Positions 44,102 through 54,763 of a DNA stretch of 64,000 nucleotides are shown piece by piece (the stretch's first letter is position 1; each line of letters begins with the position of its first letter). The position numbers and the translations under genes are program-made. The notes beneath the pieces are model-generated. The model saw nothing but the letters and a program-made list of their open reading frames with translations. It was not told the DNA's origin and made no database searches. The stretch lies in contig CAVWVQ010000003.1 in NCBI GenBank assembly GCA_963758525.1, positions 1-64,000 of the forward strand, written 5' to 3'. The DNA is from an uncultured Phycisphaerales bacterium (GTDB lineage: Bacteria > Planctomycetota > Phycisphaerae > Tepidisphaerales > Tepidisphaeraceae).

Positions 44102-44566
44102 GACGATTCTTCCGATGCTCCTTCCTGAAAACGGACTAACCGATGCGCAGACGCTCAGCCGGCATTTTGCCGTGCAGACGTTCATCCGCTTGGCGAAATA
44201 CAGAACGAACGCGCTTCAATGCGTCTAACTTCTTCCCAGTTTTATAGTAGTGATTACTGTTGACCGGGAAGAACTCCCGGCCGACACAGGCGAGGAGCTA
44301 CGAGCGCGTGGTGACGCCCAATGTCGTATACACGAATCGCCCTTCGGCGAACGTGTTACTTGTAGATGTATACCAATATTGCCGCATAGTTTTCTCCATC
44401 GACACAACGTGCCGAGTGAATGAATTATTCCATCGTGATTAGGGAATTGCAACTGCAAAATTGGAGAGAGAGATCGCACTGCCGCGGCGCCGTTGAAACG
44501 AACGAGCAGCCAGGACCGCGGTATATTCAATTGGCGGTTAGGGCTGTTCCTCGAACAAGGCGAGTC

Positions 44567-45388
44567 ATGATGAACCGATGTACATTTCTGACGGCGATGA
44601 TATTCGCATTTTGCGCGGCGCTCTCGACGGTTCGTGCCGAAGAGACTTCGGCAACGCAGCCCGAGGAGCCGGGACAGCATCCGGGAAGTTTCGAGGCGAC
44701 GATTACCTTCAAACTCAACTACCTGTTGTTTCTCCCTGAGGATTACTCGAAGGATCCGGAGAAGAAATGGCCGCTGATCGTTTTCCTGCATGGTTCGGGA
44801 GAGCGCGGCAATGACGTCAATATGGTCAAGGCGCACGGGCCGCCGAAGATTGTTGAGACGAAAAAGGATTTCCCGTTTGTGGTGCTCTCGCCGCAGTGCC
44901 CGCCGGATACGGGGTGGAAGCCGTTCGAGTTGAACGCGCTGCTCGATAAGATTCTGGCCAGCTATCGCGTGGATCCGGATCGCGTTTATCTCACCGGGCT
45001 GAGCATGGGGGGATTTGGCACGTGGGACTGGGCGTCGCAGAACGCGAATCGCTTTGCGGCGATCGCGCCGATGTGCGGCGGGGGAAACACCTCATTGGCG
45101 CGGCGACTGAAGAATCTGCCGATCTGGGTGTTTCATGGCGAAGCCGATCCTGTCGTCCCGATTGCGCGCAGCCAGGAGATGGTCGCGGCTTTGCAGAAGG
45201 TCGGCGCCGATGTGAAATTCACGCACTATCCCGGCGTCGGTCACAATTGCTGGACGCAATCGTACGACAATCCGGAGCTTTACACATGGTTCCTCTCGCA
45301 TCATCGCGGAGAAGTGAGAGTGCCCCAGACGCAGCAAGCGGCACAACCGCAAACGACGCAGCCCGAAACGCAACCCTCGCGGAACTGA
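44567..45388 (+). CDS. Secreted alpha/beta hydrolase (carboxylesterase/peptidase S9-like)
   Basis: Signal peptide, FLHGSGERG, TGLSMGG, FHGEAD, GHNCW. Confidence 0.9.
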   Translation: MMNRCTFLTAMIFAFCAALSTVRAEETSATQPEEPGQHPGSFEATITFKLNYLLFLPEDYSKDPEKKWPLIVFLHGSGERGNDVNMVKAHGPPKIVETKKDFPFVVLSPQCPPDTGWKPFELNALLDKILASYRVDPDRVYLTGLSMGGFGTWDWASQNANRFAAIAPMCGGGNTSLARRLKNLPIWVFHGEADPVVPIARSQEMVAALQKVGADVKFTHYPGVGHNCWTQSYDNPELYTWFLSHHRGEVRVPQTQQAAQPQTTQPETQPSRN

Positions 45389-45405
45389 TCGGGCCGCGAT
45401 TTGTC

Positions 45406-47022
45406 TTGCGCTGGTCCGCGATCGCGATTCTCCTCTTCGGGCAAATCGCACGGGGTGAAGAGCCAGCGGATGTTGTGGTGTACGGGGGCACCAGCGCGGG
45501 CATCATCGCGGCGGTGCAAAGCGCCCGTATGGGCAAACATGTCACCCTGATCGAACCGGGGAAATACCTGGGCGGAATGACCGCCGGCGGTCTGGGCGCG
45601 ACCGATATGGGCAACGAAAAAGCAATCGGCGGCGTTGCCCGCGAGTTCTATCGGCGAGTGCTCGCATACTACCGGCAGCCTTCCGCATGGACCGGCGAGA
45701 CACTGGAGCAATACCAGAAGGGTGAGCATTATTTGCATGAAGATGCGCTTTTCGGCTTCGAGCCGCATGTCGCCGCGAAAATCTTCGGCGACATGCTTGG
45801 CGAGGCAAAGGTGACCGTGGTCCTCGGCCGAAGGCTCGATCGAAACCACGGCGTTCGGAAGGATGGGCCGCGCATCGTTTCCATCGCAATGGAGGACGGC
45901 AGCGTCTTCGTCGGCCAAATGTTCATTGATGCTACCTACGAAGGTGATCTGCTCGCGACAGCGGGCGTGTCTTACGCCATTGGACGCGAGGGCAACGCGC
46001 AATACGGCGAAACCTACGACGGCATTCAGACGGCTCAGGCACACGGACACCAATTCATGCTGCCAGTGGATCCGTTCGTGCAGCCGGGCAAACCCGAAAG
46101 CGGCCTGGTTCCTGGAATCCATCCCGGCGGCCCGGGAGTCGATGGAGAAGGCGATCGGCGCGTCCAGTCGTACAACTATCGCATCTGCATGACCAATGTT
46201 GCCGACAACCGCATTCCGTTTCCCAAGCCGGCCGGTTACGACGAAAGAAATTACGAATTGTTGCTCCGTTATTACGAAGCCGGCGCCAAGAGTGTGCCGT
46301 GGGGATCGCGGGGGATGCCGAATCACAAGACCGACTCGAACAATTCCGGCGCCTTCTCCACGGACGCGATTGGATTGGCCGATGCGTACCCTGAGGCTGA
46401 CTATCAAACCCGCGAGAAGATCGCGGCGCAGCACATCGACTACACCCAGGGGCTTCTCTGGACCGTCGCCAATCATCCGCGCGTGCCGGAGAAGATTCGA
46501 CGCGAAGCGAGCCAGTGGGGCCTGGCGAAAGATGAGTTCATCGATAACGACAACTGGCCCTGTCAACTCTATGTGCGCGAGGCGCGGCGAATGATCGGAG
46601 ACTACGTGATGACCCAGGCCGACATCACGCACCAGCGCAGCGCCGATGATCCGGTCGGACTGGGCTCTTACACTATGGATTCACACAACACACAGCGATA
46701 CGTGGACGCGGGCGGCCACGCCCGCAACGAGGGCGATGTGCAGATTCACGTGGCCAAGCCGTATTGCATCAGCTACCGCGCATTGACTCCCAAGGCCGCG
46801 GAATGCACGAATCTGCTGGCGCCCGTGTGCGTGAGCGCGACGCATATCGCCTACGGATCGATCCGAATGGAGCCGGTCTACATGATCCTTGGACAGGCGT
46901 GCGGAACGGCGGCTTCCATTGCGATCGACGAAAATGCCACTGTTCAAGGGATTCAATACGAGAAGTTGCGCGAAAGGTTGACGGCGGATCATCAGTTGAT
47001 CGCGTGGCCCGCGGGGCGCTGA
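45406..47022 (+). CDS. FAD-dependent oxidoreductase, secreted
   Basis: VVVYGGTSAG, IDATYEGDL, YVREARRM, SIRMEPVYM. Confidence 0.92.
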   Translation: MRWSAIAILLFGQIARGEEPADVVVYGGTSAGIIAAVQSARMGKHVTLIEPGKYLGGMTAGGLGATDMGNEKAIGGVAREFYRRVLAYYRQPSAWTGETLEQYQKGEHYLHEDALFGFEPHVAAKIFGDMLGEAKVTVVLGRRLDRNHGVRKDGPRIVSIAMEDGSVFVGQMFIDATYEGDLLATAGVSYAIGREGNAQYGETYDGIQTAQAHGHQFMLPVDPFVQPGKPESGLVPGIHPGGPGVDGEGDRRVQSYNYRICMTNVADNRIPFPKPAGYDERNYELLLRYYEAGAKSVPWGSRGMPNHKTDSNNSGAFSTDAIGLADAYPEADYQTREKIAAQHIDYTQGLLWTVANHPRVPEKIRREASQWGLAKDEFIDNDNWPCQLYVREARRMIGDYVMTQADITHQRSADDPVGLGSYTMDSHNTQRYVDAGGHARNEGDVQIHVAKPYCISYRALTPKAAECTNLLAPVCVSATHIAYGSIRMEPVYMILGQACGTAASIAIDENATVQGIQYEKLRERLTADHQLIAWPAGR

Positions 47023-47102
47023 AGCTCTTTCGAGCCGCCGCGCCTCCTGGGATTTCAAGCTCCGTAGGCATTCAAGAGCGACGGCGGCTTGGAACGTTTC
47101 AT

Positions 47103-47213
47103 TACCCCCTCTCCCGGAACTCCGGGAGAGGGTTGCGGTGAGGGTGATTTTTGAGTACCGGTGGCGCCCGACGTTCGAGATCACCCTCACTGCGGGAGTA
47201 CCGGGAGAGGGGG
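47103..47213. repeat. REP-like palindromic pair between convergent genes
   Basis: CCCTCTCCCGGAACTCCGGGAGAGGG hairpin plus GTGAGGGTGA/TCACCCTCAC arms. Confidence 0.65.
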
Positions 47214-47261
47214 CAAGTCGCGCTCGAAGTTCTGAACCGGCTCTGAACTGCGTAACTTGGG

Positions 47262-49645
47262 TTAGCGCCGTTTGCGCCCCGCCGGCGCCTTGCGGCCGCC
47301 GCGCAGGGCGCCTTTTTGCCGCCGCCGCGAAGCGGCTGCTTCGCCTTGCCCCCCTTGAGCTTCTTCTTTCCTTCGGGCTCGACAGGAACGTCGGTGGTGG
47401 CGGCCGCACGCGCGCGACCAATGATCCTTTTGATGCTGAGATCCAGCTCGCGGCGCACGACGTCCACCCGCACGACCGCCACGTCGGCGACGTCGCCGAT
47501 GCCGATGCGCTGGCCCGTGCGCTGGCCGCGGACGACGCCGGCTTTTTCGTTCACATCCCACCAGTCGTCCATCAGGTTTTCGTAGCGGATCAGGCCGTCG
47601 ATGAGCCAGGTGGAAAGCTGGACGAAAACGCCGAAGTTGGTGATGCCCGTGACGACGCCGGGGAATTCTTCGCCGATCCGCTCCTTGAGCAGTTCGAGAA
47701 TCTTCACCTGCCGAAGCTCGCGCTCGGCGTCCTCGGCGCGGCGTTCGGTGAAGCTCAGTTGCTTGCCGAGCGCGACCAGATCGTCGTACGACGGCACGCT
47801 GTCTTCATCAACCTGCGGTTTGCCCTTCCCCGTCCGCTGGCGCGCTTCAAAGTAGGCATCGAGCAGACGATGAATCGTCAGATCGGCGTATCGCCGGATC
47901 GGGGAGGTGAAATGGCAGTATTGTTCGCTGGCGAGCGCATAGTGCCCGATCTGCTGCGGAGAATATTCCGCGCGGGTCAGACTTCGCAGCACCGCGATGT
48001 TAATGGCAAATCCTTCGGGCTTGCCGTGCGCCGCGAGGAGCAGGGCCTGGATCGCCTGGCGATCGAGCACCTTGGGAATCTTGAACCCCGCGACCGTCAC
48101 GAACTGGCGGAGACGATCTGAATCGCCCCCCTCCGGCTCGGGGTGAATGCGGCGCAGAAACGGGAGGTCCTGCGAATTGAGCAGCCGGGCGACGGCTTCG
48201 TTCGCCTCGACCATGAACATCTCAATCAGCGTGTGCGTGAAGCTCTGATCTTCCGGCACGGCGTCGGCGACCTTGCCATTCTCATCGAGCACCAGCTCGA
48301 CTTCCGGGAGATCGAGAACGATCTGTCCGTCGGCCAGACGTCGCTTCTGGAGACGGCGGGCCAGGACGTTCATCTGCCCCAGCAGCTCGATGATCCGAGG
48401 CTCATAATCGCCGACACGACGATCGCCGTCGGGATGCGGCACCACTTTGCCCAGATCGGGCCCGGCATTTCCGCCGGCGTCGATCGCGTCCAAAATCGCC
48501 TGCGCCTCACGATATCGCATCCGCTTGGCGCTGGTGATGATGGTGTTCGCGAACTTTGCGGAGACCGGCTTGGCGCCGCCGTCATAGGTGATGAACGCGC
48601 TCTTGCAGAAGCGCGGCACTTTTTCCTGCAGCGAGCAGACGCCGTTGCTGAGGATTTCCGGCAGCATCGGAATGACATGGCCGGGGAAATACGCGCTGTT
48701 GCCGCGCTTCCGCGCCTCTTCGTCCAGGGCGCTTCCCTCCGGCACAAAGTGCGAGACGTCGGCGATATGAACCCCAAGCTCCCAGCAGCCGTTGTCCAGC
48801 GCCCGCAGGCTGATGGCGTCGTCGTAGTCCTTCGCGTCGTCTGGATCGATCGTGCAGACGGTCTGGTCCGAGAGATCGATTCGACGGGACCGCTCGTCAT
48901 CAGGATTGAATCGATCGACCGACGCCCGCGCCTCGTCGAGAACGTCCTGCGGAAATTCGCCGGGCAGGTTGAACTGCACGATCACGCTCCGCAGATCGAC
49001 GTCTTTCTCTCCGGCTTCACCGAGCACTTCGGTGATCACGCCGACCGCGCGCTGGCCGTTGGCTGGATATTCGGTCATCTCCACGACGACCTTGGTTCCC
49101 GGCTGCACGTGCCGGCTCGCGGCATCGGGCGTGAGAATCGGCTCAGTGATGGAGTTGCCCTCCGGCAGCACCATCCATTGCGTTCCCTGACGCACCAGTT
49201 GTCCGACGAAGCGCTTCTGCGTGCGCTGCAAAATTTCGGTGATGCGACCACTGTAGATCGCCTTGCCGTCGCGGTGCCCCTTGCTCATGATCTTGGCGCG
49301 GACGATGTCCCCGGTGATCGCGCCGGAGTTCTGGCCTTCGGGGATGTACAGATCTTCCCGACTGCCCGGATCCGTCGGCACGACAAATCCGAATCCGCGT
49401 TTGTTGTGCCGATACGATCCGACAAACTCGTCGCGGCTGTGATGCTGGGCGGGAAGCACCACGGCTCCGCGCGCTCCCAGAACCACGTGTCCCCCGTGCA
49501 TAAGCTCCTTGAGCGCGTCACGGAAGGCGTGATACTGCTCTTCACCGTCCACGTTCAATTCGCGCGCTAACCCCCGGGCCCTCAGCGGGCGGTACTGCTC
49601 GCTCTTGAGGTGCTCAATAATCCGATTCTCTAACTGCTCTGCCAT
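47262..49645 (-). CDS. rnr: Ribonuclease R (true stop probably 47262 after a tail frameshift)
   Basis: GFGFV CSD, TIDPDDAKDYDDA, HIADVSH, HFTSPIRRYADL, S1 domain, basic tail. Confidence 0.95.
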
Positions 49646-49877
49646 AAACCTTTCAACCAAAAGACCGATTCCCCAGACGGCACATGCCGCCCGAAAATTT
49701 CCGGAAGCCGAATCAACGATAGGAACAGAAAACAGGTGTGTTCGCTAGGAAAACTGCGGGCTGCGGACAAGGAATCAATATCGTGATCGGCTGAAAACCT
49801 ACCGAAGGTAAGGAACAAAATCCGAACAACGACAGCAGGATAATACGAGATCGGGCTGGAATTGCAACTGCTGCAGG

Positions 49878-50135
49878 ATGACGTTGAGTCTGTCGATTTC
49901 GCCTGAGGTGGAAATGAAGCTGCGAGAAAAGGCTGCAGCTGCCGGTTTCGACCTGCCCACTTACGCAATCAAGACTCTTGAGCGGGTCGCATATCGTCCG
50001 ACGCTCGAGGAGGTGCTCGCCCCGCTACGCGAGGATTTTGATAGAAGCGGAATGAGCGAAGACGAACTGACGGCACTTCTTGAAACCGCAAAGCACGAAA
50101 TGCGAGCGGCACGTCGCGCGCGAAGTGCATCGTGA
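49878..50135 (+). CDS. Ribbon-helix-helix antitoxin-like protein
   Basis: MTLSLSISPEVEMKLREKAAAAG; GTGA overlap with a PIN relic. Confidence 0.7.
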   Translation: MTLSLSISPEVEMKLREKAAAAGFDLPTYAIKTLERVAYRPTLEEVLAPLREDFDRSGMSEDELTALLETAKHEMRAARRARSAS

Positions 50136-50306
50136 GATCCACCCCCTCGGCGGTATTTGATTGCAACGTTTATCTCAAGGTGATGCTGAGAACTCATGAG
50201 CGATGCGAACGCTGAGGGCAAGGAGCTTCGCCTGATCCACCCTGACTTCAAGGTGCTCACTCCGCCGCAGTTCCTGAACATGATCCGGCCACCCTTGTCA
50301 CCGTGA
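50132..50306 (+). pseudogene. PIN-domain toxin with a large internal deletion
   Basis: N-terminus AVFDCNVYL joined at ~50190 to C-terminus ...FKVLTPPQFL in another frame. Confidence 0.7.
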
Positions 50307-50460
50307 ATTTCGCAGCCGCGCGCCCGCATTTCCCCGCAATCTTCTGGATTTAAGGGCCGCCGTTCGCTAAAACTACCCTCATCGCAGCCTGGACGGTCGG
50401 GAATTTGGCGGCTGTTGTGCTGACGATTGGGCGTTCATTCATCCGATAAAGAGGCCAAGG

Positions 50461-51228
50461 ATGGCTAAACTCTTCGCTACATTTACGCTTGGTCTGATCG
50501 TCCTCGCCACTGGCTGCGAGGTGGCTCCGACCGTTTCCATGGTCGATCGACTCCCGGCGCCGTCGTTTGGCGGGCCGCCGAATCCGGACCTGGCGCCGAT
50601 TCCTGCGCCCGTGCCTCCGCCGGCGCCGGTCGCGGTGCTTCCGCATCGCAGCAATCGACCTGATCCAATTGCCAGCGCCGGGGTTCCGCGAAGCTGGATT
50701 CCAATCGCGGCCCCCAACGAATGGTATTGGATCGTCGTGCACCACAGCGCCACCGCTACCGGCGGTGCCGCCGCCTTTGACAAAATGCACCGAGCCAAGG
50801 GATGGGATGAGCTGGGGTATCACTTCGTGATCGGAAACGGGACCGATACGGGCGATGGCCAAGTTGAGGTCGGCTCGCGCTGGCCGAAGCAGAAGTGGGG
50901 CGCGCATGCGAAGACGCCTGACAACCGCTACAACGAACACGGCATCGGTATCTGCCTGGTCGGCAACTTCGATATCACTCGCCCCACCGCAAAGCAAATG
51001 GCGTCACTGGAACGCCTGGTGTCGTATCTGATGAAGACGTACCACATTCCGGCGGATCACATTCTGGGCCATCGCGATACCAAGAGCACGGATTGTCCGG
51101 GGCATAATATGAATGTCGCCGCGGTGCGGTCTGCGTGTGTGCGGATGCTGGCCCAGGCGGGTGAGGCAGTGCCGGAAGAGAACCGAACGGCGACTGCGGA
51201 GCTGATGGTCGATTCGCCGACGCGATGA
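50461..51228 (+). CDS. N-acetylmuramoyl-L-alanine amidase (Amidase_2/PGRP-like) lipoprotein
   Basis: Lipobox LATGC; IVVHHSAT, LGYHFVI, GAHA, GICLVGNF, GHRD..TDCPG. Confidence 0.92.
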   Translation: MAKLFATFTLGLIVLATGCEVAPTVSMVDRLPAPSFGGPPNPDLAPIPAPVPPPAPVAVLPHRSNRPDPIASAGVPRSWIPIAAPNEWYWIVVHHSATATGGAAAFDKMHRAKGWDELGYHFVIGNGTDTGDGQVEVGSRWPKQKWGAHAKTPDNRYNEHGIGICLVGNFDITRPTAKQMASLERLVSYLMKTYHIPADHILGHRDTKSTDCPGHNMNVAAVRSACVRMLAQAGEAVPEENRTATAELMVDSPTR

Positions 51229-51436
51229 TCGGGCGTTTTTGACGCTCCGCGAAGGGGCAAGCCACGGCGATGCCGATTGGTGAATTGCGGCATTCTCCTT
51301 TGGCGTCAGTCGTTCCGTGCTCGGAAGATCCTCGGCGATCTCGTATCGATGTTGTCACGTTTCACGTCTTCAAGTACCGATCTTCGCTGCTCCCGTCACG
51401 TTCCAATCACCAATCACCAAAGATCACCAGTCCCAT

Positions 51437-51464
51437 TTGACACTTTCTCTTCACCCCGCATAAT
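51437..51464 (+). promoter_or_regulatory. Sigma70-type promoter immediately before atpG
   Basis: TTGACA-16 nt-CATAAT ending 8 nt before the ATG; no SD. Confidence 0.65.
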
Positions 51465-51472
51465 CCCGCGAT

Positions 51473-52378
51473 ATGGCTAAGGCTCGCGCTATTGTGAAAC
51501 GCCGCAAGGCGGTTCGGAACATCCGCAAGATCACCAAGACGATGCAGATGATCGCGACGGCCAAGTTCCAAAAGTCGCTGAAACGAGCGGTTGGAACCAA
51601 GCCTTACAGCCTGAAGGTGCGCGAACTGGTGAAGGAGCTGGCGGCAAGCGTCGGAGACGTGGACCATCCGCTGCTCCGTCGTCCGAGCGATGCCGATCGC
51701 AAGAAGAAGATCGCACTGGTCGTCATCACCAGCAATCGGGGGCTGGCGGGCGCCTACAACGGGAGCGTGCTTCGGGCGGCGAACGTATTCATCCGACAGC
51801 AGACCGCCGAGGGAAATGCGATCGATCTCTACGTTGCCGGGAAAAAGGGTATCTCGTTCTTCAATTTCCAGAAACGCCCGATCGCGCAGCGCATCGAAGT
51901 CGCCGATCCAGTGCAGTTTGCCGACGTGGAAGTCCTGGCGAATCAGTTCATCGAACAGTTCGTCTCGGGCCAGGTCGACGCGGTTTACGTCGCGTACATG
52001 AACTTTTTGAGCGCGTCCAACCAGAAGCCCGACGTGATGTCGCTGCTGCCGTTGGCTGGTGTTGAGGCGCCCGCGGCGGCCGGGCAGACGGCGCCGTCGG
52101 CCGGCCTCGCGAAGCAAGTGGTCTACGAGTTCTCGCCCGACCCGATCAGTCTGTTGGATGATCTGCTCCCGCGCACTGTTCGCACGGCTCTCTTTCAGGC
52201 ATTCCTCGATGCGACCACCAGCGAGCATGTCGCCCGCATGATCTCGATGAAAAGCGCCACCGATAATGCCGACAAGATGGTCAAATCGTTGACCATGCGA
52301 TACAACCGCGCCCGACAGAGCCAGATCACCACTGAGCTATCGGAAATCATGGGCGGCGTAGAGGCGATGAACAAGTAG
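51473..52378 (+). CDS. atpG: ATP synthase F1 subunit gamma
   Basis: KITKTMQMIATAK, SNRGLAGAYN, SEHVARMISMKSATDNA, RARQSQITTELSEI. Confidence 0.97.
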   Translation: MAKARAIVKRRKAVRNIRKITKTMQMIATAKFQKSLKRAVGTKPYSLKVRELVKELAASVGDVDHPLLRRPSDADRKKKIALVVITSNRGLAGAYNGSVLRAANVFIRQQTAEGNAIDLYVAGKKGISFFNFQKRPIAQRIEVADPVQFADVEVLANQFIEQFVSGQVDAVYVAYMNFLSASNQKPDVMSLLPLAGVEAPAAAGQTAPSAGLAKQVVYEFSPDPISLLDDLLPRTVRTALFQAFLDATTSEHVARMISMKSATDNADKMVKSLTMRYNRARQSQITTELSEIMGGVEAMNK

Positions 52379-52404
52379 GCCGCCAGGGCCGCCACTTCGG
52401 GCGG

Positions 52405-52650
52405 AAATCCGAATTCCGAAACCCGAAACCAGAATTAAACCAGAATGACGAATGACCGAATGTTGCGCCGAGAGCCGCAGCTCATGTCGTTGGTCTGATG
52501 GCAGGTGCGAGCTAGCTAGCTCGTGGGGATGGGATCACAGAACTCCGTTTCAGTCATTCGTCATTCGGGTTTCGGGTTTGATTCTGGTTTCTGGTTTCGG
52601 AATTCGGATTTCTGCCCGAAGTGGCAGTTCTGGTTTCGGAATTCGGGTTT
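52405..52650. repeat. Heptamer-based long inverted repeat
   Basis: (A)ATCCGAATTCCGAAACCCGAAACCAGAAT...GAATGACGAATGAC mirrored by GTCATTCGTCATTC...TTCTGGTTTCTGGTTTCGGAATTCGGAT. Confidence 0.75.
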
Positions 52651-52817
52651 CCTCTTGCGACTGGTTCTCAGTTTTGCTTGATACCCCATCGTCCGGCCCC
52701 TATATTAATACAAGCCACCGGCCCTGCGGCTTGGTGGCAATCGTTCAGGACTCATACACAACGCCCTGTAAATCGAACACTTAGCGTTCGGCGTGGGCTT
52801 TGGGAGGCTTTAGTATC

Positions 52818-53153
52818 ATGGCAATCATGCTCACCGAATTCGCGGCCAACAAGATCAAACAGATCATTTCCGAGCAGGGCCTGCCTGACGCGGCGACGAA
52901 GCTGCGCGTCGGGGTAAAGGGTGGCGGCTGCTCCGGTTTCAGCTACATGCTCGACCTCACCGAGGAAGCCAAGAGCGAGGGCGACGAAGAAATGGACAGC
53001 CACGGCGTGAAGATTCTCGTCGACATGAAGAGCTATCTCTATCTCAACGGAACCGAGATCGACTTCAAGAGCGAGAACATGAGCGAAGGTTTCGTCTTCA
53101 AGAACCCCAACGCCACCAGCTCCTGTGGTTGCGGCAGCAGTTTCTCCGCCTGA
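52818..53153 (+). CDS. iscA: Fe-S cluster A-type carrier (IscA/SufA/HesB)
   Basis: GGGCSGFSY, NPNATSSCGCGSSF; GGAGG RBS. Confidence 0.93.
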   Translation: MAIMLTEFAANKIKQIISEQGLPDAATKLRVGVKGGGCSGFSYMLDLTEEAKSEGDEEMDSHGVKILVDMKSYLYLNGTEIDFKSENMSEGFVFKNPNATSSCGCGSSFSA

Positions 53154-53323
53154 TGACGCAGGAAGCTGTTCCGATTGCACGAACCCGCAGAGCACGCCGA
53201 GCCAAAGTTACTGGGAAGGCTCGGATCAAACGGTAGCGATCCGGGCCTTCGGAGTGCCTCAGACCTCGGCGTGGACACGCAAGTGCAGCCGCGCCCCGCC
53301 GCAGCGTGATGTAAAGGCTACGC

Positions 53324-54763
53324 ATGCCCACCGAAACCAGCGAAATCGAAACCCTGGCCAACCAGGAATATCGATGGGGATTCATCACCGATATTGAAGC
53401 GGATTCCGCGCCCATGGGGCTGAATGAAGAGATCATTCGATTCATTTCGCTCAAGAAGGCAGAACCCGACTGGATGCTTCAGACCCGGCTGAAGGCGTTT
53501 CGGCATTGGCAGACGTTGTCCGAGCCAACCTGGGCCGCTGTGCATCACCCCCCGATCGACTATCAACGGACGATTTACTACTCCGCGCCAAAACCGAAGC
53601 TCAAGAGCCTCGACGAAGTCGATCCGGAGTTGCTGGCGACGTACGAAAAGCTCGGCATCCCGCTTCAGGAGCGGGCGATCCTGGCGGGCGTTGCCGTCGA
53701 CGCGGTTTTCGACAGCGTCTCGGTCGCCACCACGTTTAAGGCCAAGCTTGCGGAATTGGGCATCATCTTTTGTTCCTTCAGCGAGGCGGTTCGCGAGCAT
53801 CCCGACCTGATCAAGAAATACATGGGATCGGTCGTCCCCTACTCCGACAATTTCTTTGCGACGCTCAACGCGGCGGCGTTTACCGACGGCTCTTTTGTCT
53901 ACATCCCCAAAGGGGTGCGCTGCCCGATGGAGTTGAGCACGTATTTCCGCATCAACGCGCAGGGGACCGGCCAGTTTGAACGGACGCTGATCATTGCCGA
54001 TGAAGGTGCGTACGTGAGCTATCTGGAGGGGTGCACCGCCCCGGCGCGCGATGAGAACCAGCTTCATGCGGCGGTCGTGGAACTTATTGCACTCGATAAC
54101 GCGCAGATCAAATATTCCACGGTGCAGAACTGGTATCCGGGTGACAAGGAAGGCAACGGTGGCATCTACAACTTCGTCACCAAACGCGGCGCCTGCCGGG
54201 GCGTGAATTCCAAAATCTCCTGGACGCAGGTCGAGACCGGCTCAGCCATCACCTGGAAATATCCAAGCTGCATCCTGCAGGGAGACAACTCGGTCGGCGA
54301 GTTCTATTCCGTCGCGCTGACAAACAATTGGCAGCAAGCGGACACCGGCACGAAAATGATTCACATCGGGAAGAACACCCGCAGCACGATCGTCTCCAAG
54401 GGAATCTCCGCCGGTCACGGACAAAACACGTATCGCGGGCTGGTGAAAATCCTCAAGGGTGCGACAGACGCGCGGAACTACACGCAATGCGACTCGCTGC
54501 TGCTGGGCGACAAGTGCGGCGCCCACACCACGCCGTACATCGAGGTCCGCAATACGACGGCGCGTGCCGAGCATGAGGCGTCAACGTCGAAGATTGGCGA
54601 GGATCAGCTTTTCTACTGCAAGCAGCGCGGGATCTCTCTCGAGGACGCCGTGAGTATGATCGTGAACGGCTTTTGCAATGAAGTCTTCAATGAACTGCCG
54701 TTTGAATTCGCCGTTGAGGCGCGGAAGCTGTTGGGGGTGAGCTTGGAGGGGAGCGTCGGTTGA
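53324..54763 (+). CDS. sufB: Fe-S cluster assembly protein SufB
   Basis: [46 protein letters not shown]. Confidence 0.98.
   Translation: MPTETSEIETLANQEYRWGFITDIEADSAPMGLNEEIIRFISLKKAEPDWMLQTRLKAFRHWQTLSEPTWAAVHHPPIDYQRTIYYSAPKPKLKSLDEVDPELLATYEKLGIPLQERAILAGVAVDAVFDSVSVATTFKAKLAELGIIFCSFSEAVREHPDLIKKYMGSVVPYSDNFFATLNAAAFTDGSFVYIPKGVRCPMELSTYFRINAQGTGQFERTLIIADEGAYVSYLEGCTAPARDENQLHAAVVELIALDNAQIKYSTVQNWYPGDKEGNGGIYNFVTKRGACRGVNSKISWTQVETGSAITWKYPSCILQGDNSVGEFYSVALTNNWQQADTGTKMIHIGKNTRSTIVSKGISAGHGQNTYRGLVKILKGATDARNYTQCDSLLLGDKCGAHTTPYIEVRNTTARAEHEASTSKIGEDQLFYCKQRGISLEDAVSMIVNGFCNEVFNELPFEFAVEARKLLGVSLEGSVG

Noticed and set aside
45301..49570. Long antisense ORFs (e.g. 45301-46632, 48143-49570; also 61116-62234)
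   Set aside because: Shadow frames of well-supported genes in GC-rich DNA; no motifs
52405..52650. Possible CRISPR array or ncRNA gene
   Set aside because: Heptamer-based inverted repeat without repeat-spacer periodicity; no recognisable RNA family
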